Positions 16,201-28,598 of a DNA stretch of 64,000 nt are shown here, one piece after another. A model generated the notes under the pieces. The model saw only the letters and a list, made by a program, of their open reading frames with translations. It had not been told where the DNA came from and did not search any database. Each line of letters begins with the position of its first letter. Position 1 is the first letter of the stretch. Made by a program: the position numbers and the translations under genes. This DNA is from Balanoglossus misakiensis (Eukaryota; Animalia; Hemichordata), in the NCBI GenBank assembly GCA_040954595.2, contig CM082582.2, positions 13,886,154-13,950,153 on the forward strand. The letters are read 5' to 3'.

Positions 16201-19200
16201 TTGGGCATAACACATATACAGGGACATACTTCTTTAGGTGGGCTTGTGAATAGAGTGGAGACAATATACTTTCTCTTCCAGTATGTGCTCGTCACAACAC
16301 ACTGGATAGTGGCTCTGACAGAAGAAGGCAAACACAAAGAACTCGCCTGCTTTAAAGTCATATCACTTTTTTTACTTCAATTTTGACAGTGATAACATTT
16401 ATACAACAACATGCAGTTTATTTTGGATCTTGATGTGATGTCATATGTCGATGTATGACATATTATTGTCTGAATACGTGGGTTGATTGGCGCAGGCGAA
16501 GGGGGCCATTTGCCCGACGCAGGAGAGTAAATGGTCTTCACGAATTCAGGCAATAATATTTTTATTACACGCCTCACCATACTTGTTTCACCAGAATGGG
16601 TAGCCATGACAACTGTTCAATATAACATTCACCGGTCTGCTACATTCACGGACGTTGCCTTTCGAATCAATGCATTGATTTTGCACTCACATCTAGGCAT
16701 GACAAGCTATTTTTAACAATATGTCAATTAAGAGTGGTAATTATAACAATTCATGATCACCGTATGATGGTAATTAGGAATATTCACGATCAAGTGCAGA
16801 GACAGTTGTTACTGCAGTTCACCATCCAGAAATGCATTTATGATGGCACTTTAGATCTGTCTTGGCAGGTAAAGCATGTTAGCAATTAGGGTACACTTAT
16901 TACCCAATCTGGACACATGGTACCACCACTTAGCAGAATTTGGGATAACCTTGTTCTAATTGTGTTTTTTTCTTATATTTCTTTCTTCGACTTGAGATTT
17001 CTTGATGATAATGATTATTGAACCTTGTTTGATGTCATACTTTGAAAGTATCTTATAGTCCCAGGGTTGTCATAATCATATGTGGACCGATGGTCCTTGC
17101 TGACTGATCATTAAAGATTTTGACTCATTCTACTTACAGAGGTACTAGTGGTATCGATATTGACCTGAGAGAAGTAGATATTAACCAATGTCCTCAGACT
17201 GATAATAAAACTGACACCGGAGGTGGTGCACAGCTAATGCACAAGGAGAGGCAGAATATTTTTGCCGGAACAGACAAATGCCCCAGAGATAGCACCGAGG
17301 TAAGAGCTGGCGGCCATGTTAATACATAATTCAACAAAATAATTACAGAAATGCACTTTAAATATATTTTAATTGAAGGCTTCAAACAGCAATGAGTGAT
17401 GTACAAGCACATCCAGTGTATTATCAATTCTGAAAAATTAGAATGCAGTTTTCAGCAGTGCCATAGCCTTCAAATCTCGATAAAAGCTGGCCACATGTCT
17501 TGCAACAGACACAAGTTCGGTCTGCCCTTTTTCTATTGGCCATTAATTAAAAGCTTGTTTATGCGATAATTCAACCGATTACTTTATGTCTACCAATTGT
17601 ATTGCATTACTTATTGTATACCCCTTTTCTCTTTTACAGTGTGTTTTTCTGCCTGGATTTGGTTTCAGACGTGGATCATACAAATGTGTTTGCAAAAAAG
17701 GGACGTACTTTCCAGACGTGTCTGCAGAAAATCATTTTTACAACGGCACGGAACTTGAGAGGGAGTATGATAAATGGTTGGCAGAGGAGCCTAATACATT
17801 TCATGAAGTTGGTTGTCTACCATGTGGAACCGGGTGTGACGAATGTACTGATGGAAGGTCGTGCATTCTTCACAATGATTGGACCATGAGGACAGTTGTA
17901 CTGGTTATTCAGTGTGCTGTTATTAGTTGCACATCGACGTTAATGTGGTTTACCATACAATATAGCGGAGTGAAGGTTTGTTCAGACATTCAACCGTTAA
18001 AGTAAACTTGCCGATCGCCCTGTTGTGTTCATTGCAGTATATATACATTGAGGATTGAAGTTGATACTTTTCCTGTATCACAAGAACTCTAAAGAAGCTG
18101 ATTTATACTATTTTGTTACAACAAAATATCTTTCACCTGAAAATAATTATTGTGTGTGAACATTTTTTCAAAATGTGCAAGACAAGTTGGAGTTAAAATG
18201 CCGGTAGATCTATCCAACATTTTAGTGCCTAATCTTGCAAATAGAAATAAACGCGTCCACCTACCCGAATATTAACACTAACAACTCACATTATATTGCT
18301 ATGTGTAGTGAGAGTTTTGTCATGTTTTATACATTGTTTGCAGGTGGTAAAAGCCGCTAGTCCAGTTTTGCTTCGGATTATACTTATTGGCTCTCTGATA
18401 CTTTACTGTCCGGTAAGTCTGTGTGTTCTATGTACATATACATTGTAGGGTGTTTACAAAATGATACAAGTGCTTAAAATAGTCAAGGATGTCTGAACAT
18501 ATGATTTGTTATGTCAGCGTATTCTTTTCCACATTAACTTTGGCTGTAGGGACGAATGCAGTAACAACTTGTCTAAATGAGAGGATTTAAAAACAATTTA
18601 GTATGTTTGCCTGGACATGCTGTTTTTTTCACCTGTGTAATCTTATATGTTAGTTGACCTTTTAAAATAAATAATCGCTCATACCTTCTGAACGTGATTG
18701 GGTTGATCTTGTGTTTAGATTCTGATCAGCTATTCGGAACCTTCGAATCTCACATGTGTAATGATACCCTGGTTTAGTGAAGTTGGCTTTTCCATATCCT
18801 ACGGTGCCCTTTTATTAAAAACATGGAGGTAAGTGACAGGATTGTTTATTGAATTAAAAAAAATAAAGATAACAGAGAGAGAGAGAGAATCGCCGATCAT
18901 CGCTAACATTGGTTTGGTGCTCTGGAAGATGAATGAATAAATGAATGAATAAATGATGAACGAATGAATGAGTGAGTGAGTGAGTGAGTGCGTACGTGCG
19001 TGAGTGAGTGAGTGACAGATTGAATGAATGAATGAATAAATAAATAAAAATTTAAATAAATAAATACATGCAAATGAACCTGAACATGAATCTACATAAT
19101 TATCTTCAATGTCGTTTTAAAATTTTTTAGTCTGAACAGTCTGAACAATGGATTTAACCAACTTTCTACCGGTATGTTCAGAACTACTATGTGATGTCAT

Positions 19201-21932
19201 CATTGAACAAATTAGAAATCACACGATACTTGATTACATGGCATGATGTTCTGTAATAATCTGAACCTCATAAACTGCAATTTTGTTTATGAATACACTG
19301 TGATTTTTGTTTATTCCACGAATTGGGCCAGCTGATGTCAAGAATTGATTCTACCCATATAAATTGTGGTTATCATTTTACTGACTTCTATTTTATCAAC
19401 TGCCAGTAACAGTCTTTACTTTTAAAGTTAAAGACATCATTATATTTTGCATAACAGTCTTGCTTTGAAATACTTGGCAAATGGGGGGGGGGGGGGCTGA
19501 TTTTGTGGTAGTTTTACTTTGACTCTTCATGTGTCATTGCCTTACAAAGTAAAACTTTTAATCATGTATGTTGATAAAATAAGCTTATTAATGAACCTTT
19601 CTAATGTGACATTTTACGTGGATAACATAAATGACTACAATTTATGATGCAATTGCAATGGAATACATGCATTTGGATTTTTGTGTTTTTCCTCTTTACA
19701 TTAAAGAGATGAACCGGAGTCATTTATCATGTTCTTGGAAATATTGTTTTCAGGATATCTGTAGTATTCCGAGTTCGTTCAGCAGCCCGTGTGAGAATCA
19801 CAGACAAAGACCTTATAACGAGGCTTTTATTCGTGGTTGCTGTATTCATTGGCTACGTTACAATATGGACTATCGTCGATAGACCACATGTAGTGAACAC
19901 ACATACTTTATCAGGGTTGAAGACTACTCAATGCTCGCTAACTTGGTGGGACCATGCTGCTGCTGGGGGTAAGTATCACTCTTTGCAAACATTACTTTCA
20001 ACAAGCTATGTGTGCGCTACGTGATAATGTTAAAATATTGGTCGTAGTACAAGCATCAAGGGAGGCTCCACTGACAGACCTAATGATATACAATATACGA
20101 CATCAAAAAAAAGTTAATTATGGAAATGAAAAAAATAAGAAAGGAGTGACTATTTTGTGGAGCAATAATTTTGTTCTACCTGTCGTGAAGCTGCGATCTC
20201 CCCCGTTTCTTATTAAATTGTGCCTATTATCATAGATATGTTATCAGGCTTTTGCACATTCTTAAAATGGAGAGGGTGACAATGCACGCAGCCGTGTATA
20301 TACACAGTAGATATCAAGATATTTTAATGAATTTCCTAAGGCGACTTAAAATACGAAACAAAATGAACTCACGTGGTGTACAGAACATCACGCCCCGCAG
20401 TTATACTCACAGAAGATATTATAAATGCCTGAGTAAGTAGGGAAACGGACGTCGCAAATTTAATAAACGCTAAATAGGAAGGCGGCTCCACTGGAGTGTC
20501 GGCATGTCTTTGAAGTGGAGCAGCTCGCAGAAAAGATATTGACTTCTTCTCGACTTCATCTGAGGAGCTAATAAGAGGGAAATGGAGGCAAAAGTCGGAA
20601 AGTATACAAACAAGCTGTGTCCTAAATTAGAGTGTCGAAATTTCGTGCTCACTGAGTGACGTTACTTCTCAGCAAAAAGCCCACAAGGTGAAATTTTAAG
20701 AGAAAACAATCTAAAGTTTCCTCGAGCAAAATATAAGAAAATTTTTAGACTTTGGTCGACCAGCTGCCGCCCTACACGTTCAAAAAGGGAGCAGCAGACA
20801 GATGTATTAAAAGTATACGGTCACCTCCAATTTATATATCGCCATATATAGCTGAAATGGCGTATTTGAGTGTTCTAAAGAACACTTTATTTTCGCGTGT
20901 GCCACCCACTGAAAATCTGTGATTGGTTAGATCTCAATTTACCATGGTAACTGTGGCTAAATTTGTATAGGTGACCGTATACCTTTAAAGGTATACGGTC
21001 ACCTCCAATTCGCATACGCGCATAGATGGCTGAAATGGCGTATTTGAGCGTTCTAAAGAACATATGCTGGCGCTCTTTTTTTCGCGTGTGCCACCCACTG
21101 AAAATCCGTGATTGGCTAGATCTCAATTCGCCATGGTAACTATAGCTAATTTTCCATAGGTGACCGTATACCTTTAAGATAAAATTGTGCATTACATACC
21201 GTTCGCACAATTCACACTCTGACTGTACGATCGAACATATTTATATTAAATGAGAATTAAACAAATCAGAAACACATAATCTTAGTAAGCCATTGACTTC
21301 TAAGTTCGAAATGAATGTGTATTTGTGGGTAAATCAGACAATAAATGAGCATCATGCATGCATGGAAGTTAAAGATTAAAGGTCAAATGACACCCATATT
21401 GCCGACCTGTACCACAGTACCACTGGCCAATGGCTGAAAGTGTCCTGCTGTGGCTGCAATTGGCTAAATACTAACAGTAAAATCTTTCTTCACAGGTAAA
21501 ATACTGCTTTTACTCTGGGGCATACGTCTCAGTTTCATAGTCAGAAAAGCGCCCTCGGAGTTCAACGAGAGCAAGTTTATCACATGGGCAATTTACAATG
21601 AGACATTGCTGTCCATGTTTCTCAACATAGCTTTGTAAGTGACATTTGTTGTAGACACTTCCAAATTCTTTATTGAAGTGGCTGTGCACTTCCGCCACAT
21701 TTCCATTGACGATATCTTTGTTTTGAACAATAACTTTTATCTTTGAGTTAACATTTCATAATTTCTGAGTAATGTTGGGAACTCAACATGTGCCCTAAAT
21801 CAGACACAATTTTCTTTAAAATGATGGCCAAAATGGCAACAGCTGAAATTTTAAGGTAATGTGACGTGATGGCAATACGTGTTACACTAAGTTTTGTTCC
21901 ATTTTGAGTTCTTCAGGCAAAAACTGTTTTGT

Positions 21933-21964
<32 letters not shown>

Positions 21965-24577
21965 AATCATAATCATCATCATCATCATCATCATCATCAT
22001 TGATGTACATTTAACATGAGCAGAGAGAATTTATTGCTATTTTATACCCCTCATGTTTGACACATAACGGCTTGAATACTCATTAAAAGAAGTAATAAAA
22101 ACCGTTCAAAGATACTACTTGAACTGTGTTGAGCTCAGTGATAAAACATTTGAACTAGACTTGGTTGCTGTGCATCAATGTTTGATTGCAAGTGATATTT
22201 ATAAAGTGCACACCTTTAGACTGAACAGTCTCTGCTCCAGACAACAGCTTTGAACATTTTCTGATAGTCTTTAATTTTATACATTTTACAGAATTTTCCT
22301 TCAAGATCCAGCTAACCCAGACCTCCGGTATATTATATTGTTTGTTCATAGTCAGCTAACGACTACTGTAGTTTTAGGTTTGTTGTTTGGTAGTAAGGTA
22401 AGTTGTATACCCAACTGATTGTCCTTCCATGATACAGCTGCAAATGAATATACGTTCTTCTTGAAATAACATGAAATAAATATTGTAGAGGAATAACACA
22501 ATTTAACAAATTGTTTTCTCTAATAACAAAAGCTAAATTTTCTTTTGTAAACAATAAGAAATATGTCTGCAGTAGATACAAGAATAATATGCATGTAGGA
22601 ACGCAAAAAATACTTTATTGAAGATACCTTTAGAAGTTATGCTCAATTTTAAGCTGTCCCCAATGCCCAGTTCTCAATTAGTGGATGTGCGAGTTGCTCG
22701 TCAATAGTTTGTCAATCTTTATTTCTCTATTGATATTTGTTTAATCTAGTAAAGAAATTTCCTGTAATTAAGTAGAGACTTCAATGGATTAATGTCGCCG
22801 ATACATATTTTTACCAACGACATCATCAATATTTCGTTATATCAACTTTCTGTTACGCAATGATGAAGCATACATATTAAGTAAAGTCTCAAATTATTTC
22901 AAGTACTTGAAATATTCTTTCTAACCACCATACAGTTATGTTCTTTAATGGGAAAACAATCCAAATTTCTTTGAAATAAAAAATATTGATCATTATATGA
23001 ATACAGATTATTTATTTGTCATGTCATTTCTGATAATATGGCATCACTTAATTTCACACCTTTCTCTTGTTCTCTATTTTCAACAGATGTATCTGGTTTT
23101 TAAATACCAAGGTAAGGCAGCAAAACATGACAGCTGTTCGTCAAAACGAACTTTAGGTTTAGCTCGAACTTGTGACAAGTGCCATAAGTGCTACATAGGA
23201 GAAAGTCACGTTGATGCCGTCAGAAAATTACAGCCACGTGAACCAACGCTGGATAGATGTGATGTTGAGGTACCTCAAAATACGCAGCCTACCATTACTT
23301 GCCTCATCACTTCCTCATCTCCAACTTGCATCTCAATGTCCGTCAACCCTGTTTCCCAACATAAAGTTGGAAAATACAAGTAGCCCCTGTTTAATTATGC
23401 AAATCTCCTTTTTGAGTCGCGTGCAGCACCCCTCCCCTCCAATTTTTGGAACGATTGTCTAATGTTCTCTTTTTTTGCGTCAATTTTGTTCTTTTTCTGC
23501 ACCAGCCCAGTTTACCAGTAGTAACTGTACGCACTCACGACCTTCAGATTCCAGTAAGGCCAAACTAGCCTGTTCACGACTTTAAGTTTGGTCCAATTCG
23601 TAAGTTATGTCAAATTTTCACCATGCATGGAACAACATGTATAGCAGTTTCCATCCTTCTACACTGCGGATAACACTAACCTCATTCTCTTTCTTCACTA
23701 AATCTTTTTTCTACCCCCTTTTTAGTATTTTAGATGTATACATGTAGAAATTGCTAACACATTGCAATAATTAATGGTAATGTACATGTGTCGTCATAAT
23801 TTTGTAATGTCACTGGTTGATAGTATTAAGACTTCACTGTAAATAATGGTCATTTAAAAGTTAGCCTTCGGCATACGTTTGTGTTTCTTTAGTGTAGGCC
23901 TATAATTATATATTATTCTAATTATGTGTCAATACTCTTCTCTTTTACATCAATTCATTGATAATACAATGCGCATGCTAAATACTGTATTATGAAATGT
24001 AGTATTCATACAATGTGTCTAACAACATAAATGATGGTATTTTGCAATATTTTCATCAAACTTTACTTCATAATTGACTGGTCCCCATCCCAATGAGCAA
24101 AGCACAAAAGGCAGGTGAAAGGAAACTGAATCATAAGACACTCTAATTTGTTGAATATTCTTTGATGATATATATTAAATACATGCCCACATGGGGGAAA
24201 ATATCAGTAACCAACTATCAACAATAACAGACGCATTCATTGTATTGTACAACTTCTGGAAGCATGTTTTGAGAGGATTTATATGTGTGTGCATATTTAT
24301 GTATGTATGTATGTATGTATGTATGTATGTATGTATGTATGTATGTATGTATGTATGTATGTATGTATGTATGTATGTATGTATGTATGTATGTATGTAT
24401 GTATGTATGTATGTATGTATGTATGTATGTATGTATGTATGTATGTATGTATGTATGTATGTATGTATGTATGTATGTATGTATGTATGTATGTATGTAT
24501 GTATGTATGTATGTATGTATGTATGTATGTATGTATGTATGTATGTATGTATGTATGTATGTATGTATGTATGTATG

Positions 24578-24608
<31 letters not shown>

Positions 24609-24620
24609 GTATGTATGTGC

Positions 24621-24651
<31 letters not shown>

Positions 24652-25572
24652 TGTATGTATGTATGTATGTATGTATGTATGTATGTATGTATGTATGTAT
24701 GTATGTATGTATGTATGTGTGTATGGAAATTTCTTCACAGAGAAAGATGATTTTTCTCCTCTATAATTTTAGTAACATTTCTTTACTTTGCGTTCACATC
24801 CCTGTGATTTCGTGGCGTAGAACTAACACATAGCAAAGATAAGTTTAGGCAATTGAAACTCTATGGATAAATCACAATTACGTCTCGGCGTTAACAGCAA
24901 CATTCTTTGTTCACCCCTTCGCATCCACGAGCCTACGTTCAGTGCTCATTTTTCTATCCGCAGGAGATGGCGGAATTTAGAAAAGAAGAAGAATTTTCAG
25001 TGACTTGTCCGCACAACTTCGGGGTAGGCTTGATTGATGGCGGCATCCATCTCTCTCGATGTTCTAGAGTAGAAACTTAACCAGCCATAAACCTAAATGT
25101 TTCGCTCTCGTTTTTTGACTGCGTAACCCAGAAGATAAAATTTTGTGCTAGGGTACCGCCAGGGCATGTCCTAAAAGTAAGCCAGTACACACAATTAAAG
25201 CTAGTGTGTCCTATGTGACTTTCAGTCATAAAAATAATGCCACCGATGCCAGACTTTAGAGCCACATTCACCGCGGCGTGAACTAATGGATTGGCTGTCT
25301 TTGACGGCTCTCACATGTTGCTTTTTCCCCTGTTTTTCGTTTGGCAGGGAGAATTTCGCCGTCTCTACAACCAGTTGGAGCAACTCAAAAATAGAAACAT
25401 GAAAGTGGGAAATCCGCACATGGCCCGAACCATAGCTGCCATGACTGACGCTGCCATAGCAACGACGTCAGCAATATCTGAAGAAGCCACGAATATCATC
25501 CGCAAAAAGTCACTGAGGATGCAGGAACAGAACGGACAATCGATACAACGAGGGGAGGAGGAATGGCTGTGA
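531..25572 (+). CDS. GPR158: GPR158/GPR179-like class C orphan GPCR (metabotropic glycine receptor family), 11 coding exons, ~813 aa (837 aa if ATG 459 is used)
   Basis: Hand-spliced exons 531-1245, 11818-12001, 17140-17299, 17640-17975, 18344-18412, 18719-18828, 19754-19968, 21496-21634, 22292-22397, 23087-23269, 25348-25572; all GT-AG, phases consistent, 2442 nt total. Family motifs: signal peptide MILICIFLV, Cache-like ectodomain (A..ANFLT, FCPYAHR, WSLPYFDCGGGNIWMMTYTVPF, GTSGIDIDL..VDINQC), EGF-like GFRRGSYKCVCKKGTYFP, CLPCGTGCDEC, 7TM motifs (KAASPVLL, YGALLLKTWR, PSEFNESKFI, LLFGSK), tail EFRRLYNQLE..GNPHM. The symbol is a family-level call; orthology is not proven. Confidence 0.9.
7323..7400. 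repeat. 39-bp tandem duplication in GPCR intron 1
   Basis: tacaccttaatgaca[g/a]taattgactcttttcatgg occurs twice in tandem. Confidence 0.85.
11818..12001 (+). CDS. GPR158: GPR158-like exon 2
   Basis: ttcttctctcag|GT...TTTAA|gtaagt; encodes GHWSLPYFDCGGGNIWMMTYTVPF. Confidence 0.9.
17140..17299 (+). CDS. GPR158: GPR158-like exon 3
   Basis: tacttacag|A...GAG|gtaaga; encodes GTSGIDIDLREVDINQC...FAGTDKC. Confidence 0.9.
17640..17975 (+). CDS. GPR158: GPR158-like exon 4 (Cys-rich region, TM1)
   Basis: cttttacag|TGT...AAG|gtttgt; encodes GFGFRRGSYKCVCKKG, CLPCGTGCDECTD. Confidence 0.9.
18344..18412 (+). CDS. GPR158: GPR158-like exon 5 (TM2)
   Basis: tttgcag|GTG...CCG|gtaagt; encodes VVKAASPVLLRIILIGSLILYCP. 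Confidence 0.88.
18719..18828 (+). CDS. GPR158: GPR158-like exon 6 (TM3)
   Basis: gtttag|ATT...TGGAG|gtaagt; encodes CVMIPWFSEVGFSISYGALLLKTW. Confidence 0.88.
18930..19062. repeat. Compound (TGAA)n/(TGAG)n/(TAAA)n microsatellite
   Basis: Directly visible simple repeats. Confidence 0.85.
19754..19968 (+). CDS. GPR158: GPR158-like exon 7 (TM4, ECL2)
   Basis: ttttcag|G...GGGG|gtaagt; encodes ISVVFRVRSAARVRITDKDL...QCSLTWWDH. Confidence 0.88.
20811..20984. mobile_element. MITE, TTAA-flanked (Kolobok/piggyBac-type target), copy 1
   Basis: TTAA|A[A/G]GTATACGGTCACCT...AGGTGACCGTATACCT|TTAA; 16-bp TIR. Confidence 0.8.
20989..21173. mobile_element. MITE, TTAA-flanked, copy 2 (tandem with copy 1)
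   Basis: Perfect TIR AGGTATACGGTCACCT / AGGTGACCGTATACCT; TTAA at 20985-88 and 21174-77; interior similar to copy 1. Confidence 0.85.
21496..21634 (+). CDS. GPR158: GPR158-like exon 8 (TM5-TM6)
   Basis: cttcacag|GT...GCTTT|gtaagt; encodes LLLWGIRLSFIVRKAPSEFNESKFITWAIYNE. Confidence 0.88.
21934..22000. repeat. (CAT)n microsatellite
   Basis: Directly visible. Confidence 0.9.
22292..22397 (+). CDS. GPR158: GPR158-like exon 9 (TM7)
   Basis: ttttacag|A...AAG|gtaagt; encodes NPDLRYIILFVHSQLTTTVVLGLLFGSK. Confidence 0.88.
23087..23269 (+). CDS. GPR158: GPR158-like exon 10 (cytoplasmic tail)
   Basis: ttttcaacag|ATG...GAG|gtacct (weak donor); in frame with exon 11. Confidence 0.7.
24298..24724. 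repeat. (TATG)n microsatellite, ~425 bp
   Basis: Directly visible; source of the spurious YVCM/HTYI ORFs. Confidence 0.97.
25348..25572 (+). CDS. GPR158: GPR158-like terminal coding exon
   Basis: tttggcag|GGA GAA TTT CGC...; GEFRRLYNQLEQLKNRNMKVGNPHM resembles the GPR158 proximal-tail helix; TGA ends at 25572. Confidence 0.85.
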   Translation, partial: GEFRRLYNQLEQLKNRNMKVGNPHMARTIAAMTDAAIATTSAISEEATNIIRKKSLRMQEQNGQSIQRGEEEWL

Positions 25573-28107
25573 CTAAGTACGGAGATAGAGAAAAATATAT
25601 TTCTACTAAACCAAGATAATTCTAGAAAAGAATAAGTCTATTCAAACCAAAGCTATCTCCAAATGTTCCACAGACTGGGTGATGACTGTAAAGAACACTG
25701 GTCTCTCTTTGACCTTTCTACAGATTTGTGTGTGTGTGTGTGTGTATTTTACTGGAAAGGCAAGAACAGCAGTAAAAAATAATATTTTTCACCAGAAAAT
25801 TAGAGTAATGTCGTTTAGCTTGGTCCATTTTTTTCCTGTATGGTTTTGTCTGGAGGGTATACCTGTCATACGATGTGGTATGGATGGGTGTGTTGCCGGT
25901 AGTTCAAACCCCAGATCGCAATTTCACCATTTTCAGCTAAACATTGTCGATTTTAGACCAAACTGTTTTGTTCAACCTTTGGTCACCGTCGAGCATTGTA
26001 CATACTCACTTTAAGGCTGATTGCCTCATAACTAAATCTAGATTTTATCGTAATCTGAAATTAATTATTCAGAAGGGGAGAAATACATAATGTTATTTTT
26101 AATTATTCAAGAAAATTCAATGTGGACAGCATCCAAGTTAGGAAAATCAACCAACTGGAATGGAAACGAAGACTAAAACATAGAAAAGAAGTAATATGTG
26201 TACATGATGGTCTTGGAATCTCGCTCTAACATCTTGGACCATATCCTTTGATTTATATCCTCTATGTACCATTTATGACGAATACTTTTATGTCTGGTGG
26301 TGCCATTTCTTAAATATACCTGTAGATCAAGACGTACAAAATGTTAACATGATAACAAACAACCGTCCATTTGCTGTCACGATACGATCCAGTTTGTCTG
26401 CAGAAGTTATATTGGCCGACTGAATACCAAATCGTCTTTATTTACAGACAACAGTACTCATCAAATTCTTTCCATTTTGTAAATTCCAGAAATTATAACG
26501 CAAACAACTCTCCATAGATAACTAAATGTTGTCTCAAGTGGGCACAAGTACTATGTCTTCCTTCGTAGAAGGTATATTTACACGATCTGCGGAAGCGATC
26601 GTGTACGATTTTCTGTCCTAGTACATGTTTAACATATTTCTGTGACCATTTGAAATGTAAATCTGAACTAGGCTAGGTGAGATTTCTCCATAATGGTGAA
26701 AATTGTCTTTCAATAAGGATATCATACATTGTGTACATCACTATTACACGTGAGATTACTCCAAAAACATGATGCATGGGCTGGGTATGCTGTTCACAAT
26801 TCTTTCTGATAATCAAAGCTATATCCCTGTCGGTTTTTACGTTTGCAGTTACATGATATGGACTGGCTATTGCAAACGATAATTGCCATGTTAAAACATC
26901 AAGTTAGCATGATCACCTGCCGTACCATATCATTATACAAAAATCCTTGCGCATTATAACTGGACGAAGTAAACCCCACCATTGATGCACCATGTATAGG
27001 TGTAGCTCATATGATCCCATATGTTTTTGCTTGTTTTGTTTTTGATAGTTGTTTTTAATCTTGGAATATAAAAAAAACATCGTCAGACACATAAAATTGG
27101 TTTTGTTAGAAAATAATTTGCCCTGAAATCTACAATCTACAGCAATCGTGATGTGTATGTTGCTATGGAAATTAAATGGAGAAAATTTCAAGTTACTATT
27201 AAGCATCCATCTGTGTTGGATATTTCCATAGAAGTCATTGTTAATATTTTTAAATGGTATTCCCCCCAAATAACTAACTTTATTTTGATACGTACAGGAT
27301 ATACTGAATATTTGTTTGTATGTGTCCATGTTAGATTTAACCTTGCCTTTTCTTGGTAAAGATGTTGTACATTTTTTTTATAAAATTTTAACATTTGATT
27401 TAAAGCTTTTACACTGACAGCTATATAAAATGTCAATAGATGCCACATGAAATAAAGACAATAATTTAAATTCTCGTGTACAGCTGTGTTCAATTGTTTT
27501 AGAGTTCAATGGGTGTTGCATGATACGAGTATGTGGCCTATAGTTGTTCCCACCCACTGTGGCTCACCTGACTTCATGTGGGGTCCTCTACTCATACACC
27601 TAACCTCATTATGACAATTCTGACTTTGTCGAATTCTGTCTATAATATCTACTCATTTATTCTCTACGTCGAATTTTACCACTTCCGATGTTTACTAGAT
27701 GCATTTTTTGGCGATGAAATCAATATGTGTGTGCATATGCTGTTTCAGCCCTTTAATGTAATTCTTACATTACTGAATTGTTATACCCCAATGCATGAAA
27801 ATGGCAGCAAGAACGAAAAAAAAAAAATCGTAAGCATTTTGCAGTTCACTGTGGATAAAATTCCAGTCAAACAAAAGGATGTAAAGTATATAATGACCGG
27901 TCCTATGCAACCAAGCTACACATAAATACGTGTCGATACATGTAAATCGAAATTCGCACGAATGAATATGAAAAATCACAAAAACACGATGTCAAATGAT
28001 TTTCAGCTGTATTTCAAATCACACGTTGCAAAAAAGTCCTCAGTAAATGCCATCTATTAGGCAAACCAGAACGAACAAAAAATCGCTAGAAAATCGCTAT
28101 TGACTGA

Positions 28108-28372
28108 AAGGGACTGCTCAGAATTTACTTCCAGGGTAGGGCCGGAGGATTTTTTATTTTCCTGGTGATTTTTATCCATGGTCCCCCTCAGTAAATTGTG
28201 GAGGAAATCTGTGGTCCCCCTTTAAATTTTTCCTGGGGTTTTTCCATGGTCCCCCTAAAGGATTGTGATTTTTATGTCTGGTCCCCCAAATTTTTCAGTC
28301 TTGGAGCAAATGGGTGGCTTCCCCTGAAAATCCTCGCTCCCCCCTCTGGAAGTAAATTCTGAACAGTCCCTT
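28108..28372. mobile_element. MITE with ~26-bp TIRs just upstream of the ANKRD27 promoter
   Basis: AAGGGACTGCTCAGAATTTACTTCCAG ... CTGGAAGTAAATTCTGAACAGTCCCTT (1 mismatch); internal TGGTCCCCC sub-repeat four times. Confidence 0.8.
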
Positions 28373-28598
28373 ATGCTATAGTTTTCCCATCGTGAAAATA
28401 TCTGAACAGCTCTATCACAAAGCACGGTGACATAGTGTTTTTTATATCATTTAATAATGCCCCTATTTGACATCTTTTGTGAAAATTTCAAGAAAATGAC
28501 AATATTCCAACTGTTTTCTCAAAATTCTTTAAGGAAGATAACCACACACTCTGCGATCTGGACGCTGCGTCTCCTTGGGAGATTGAGCTCCCTATGCT

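Noticed and set aside
23111-23117. Strong-looking donor CAAG|gtaagg inside GPCR exon 10
   Set aside because: It is phase 1 and would put the conserved terminal exon out of frame.
24175-24833. Long ORFs of HTYI/YVCM repeats (also at 52260-53012 and 53359-53754)
   Set aside because: They are translations of (CATA)n/(TATG)n microsatellites, which lack stop codons; not genes.
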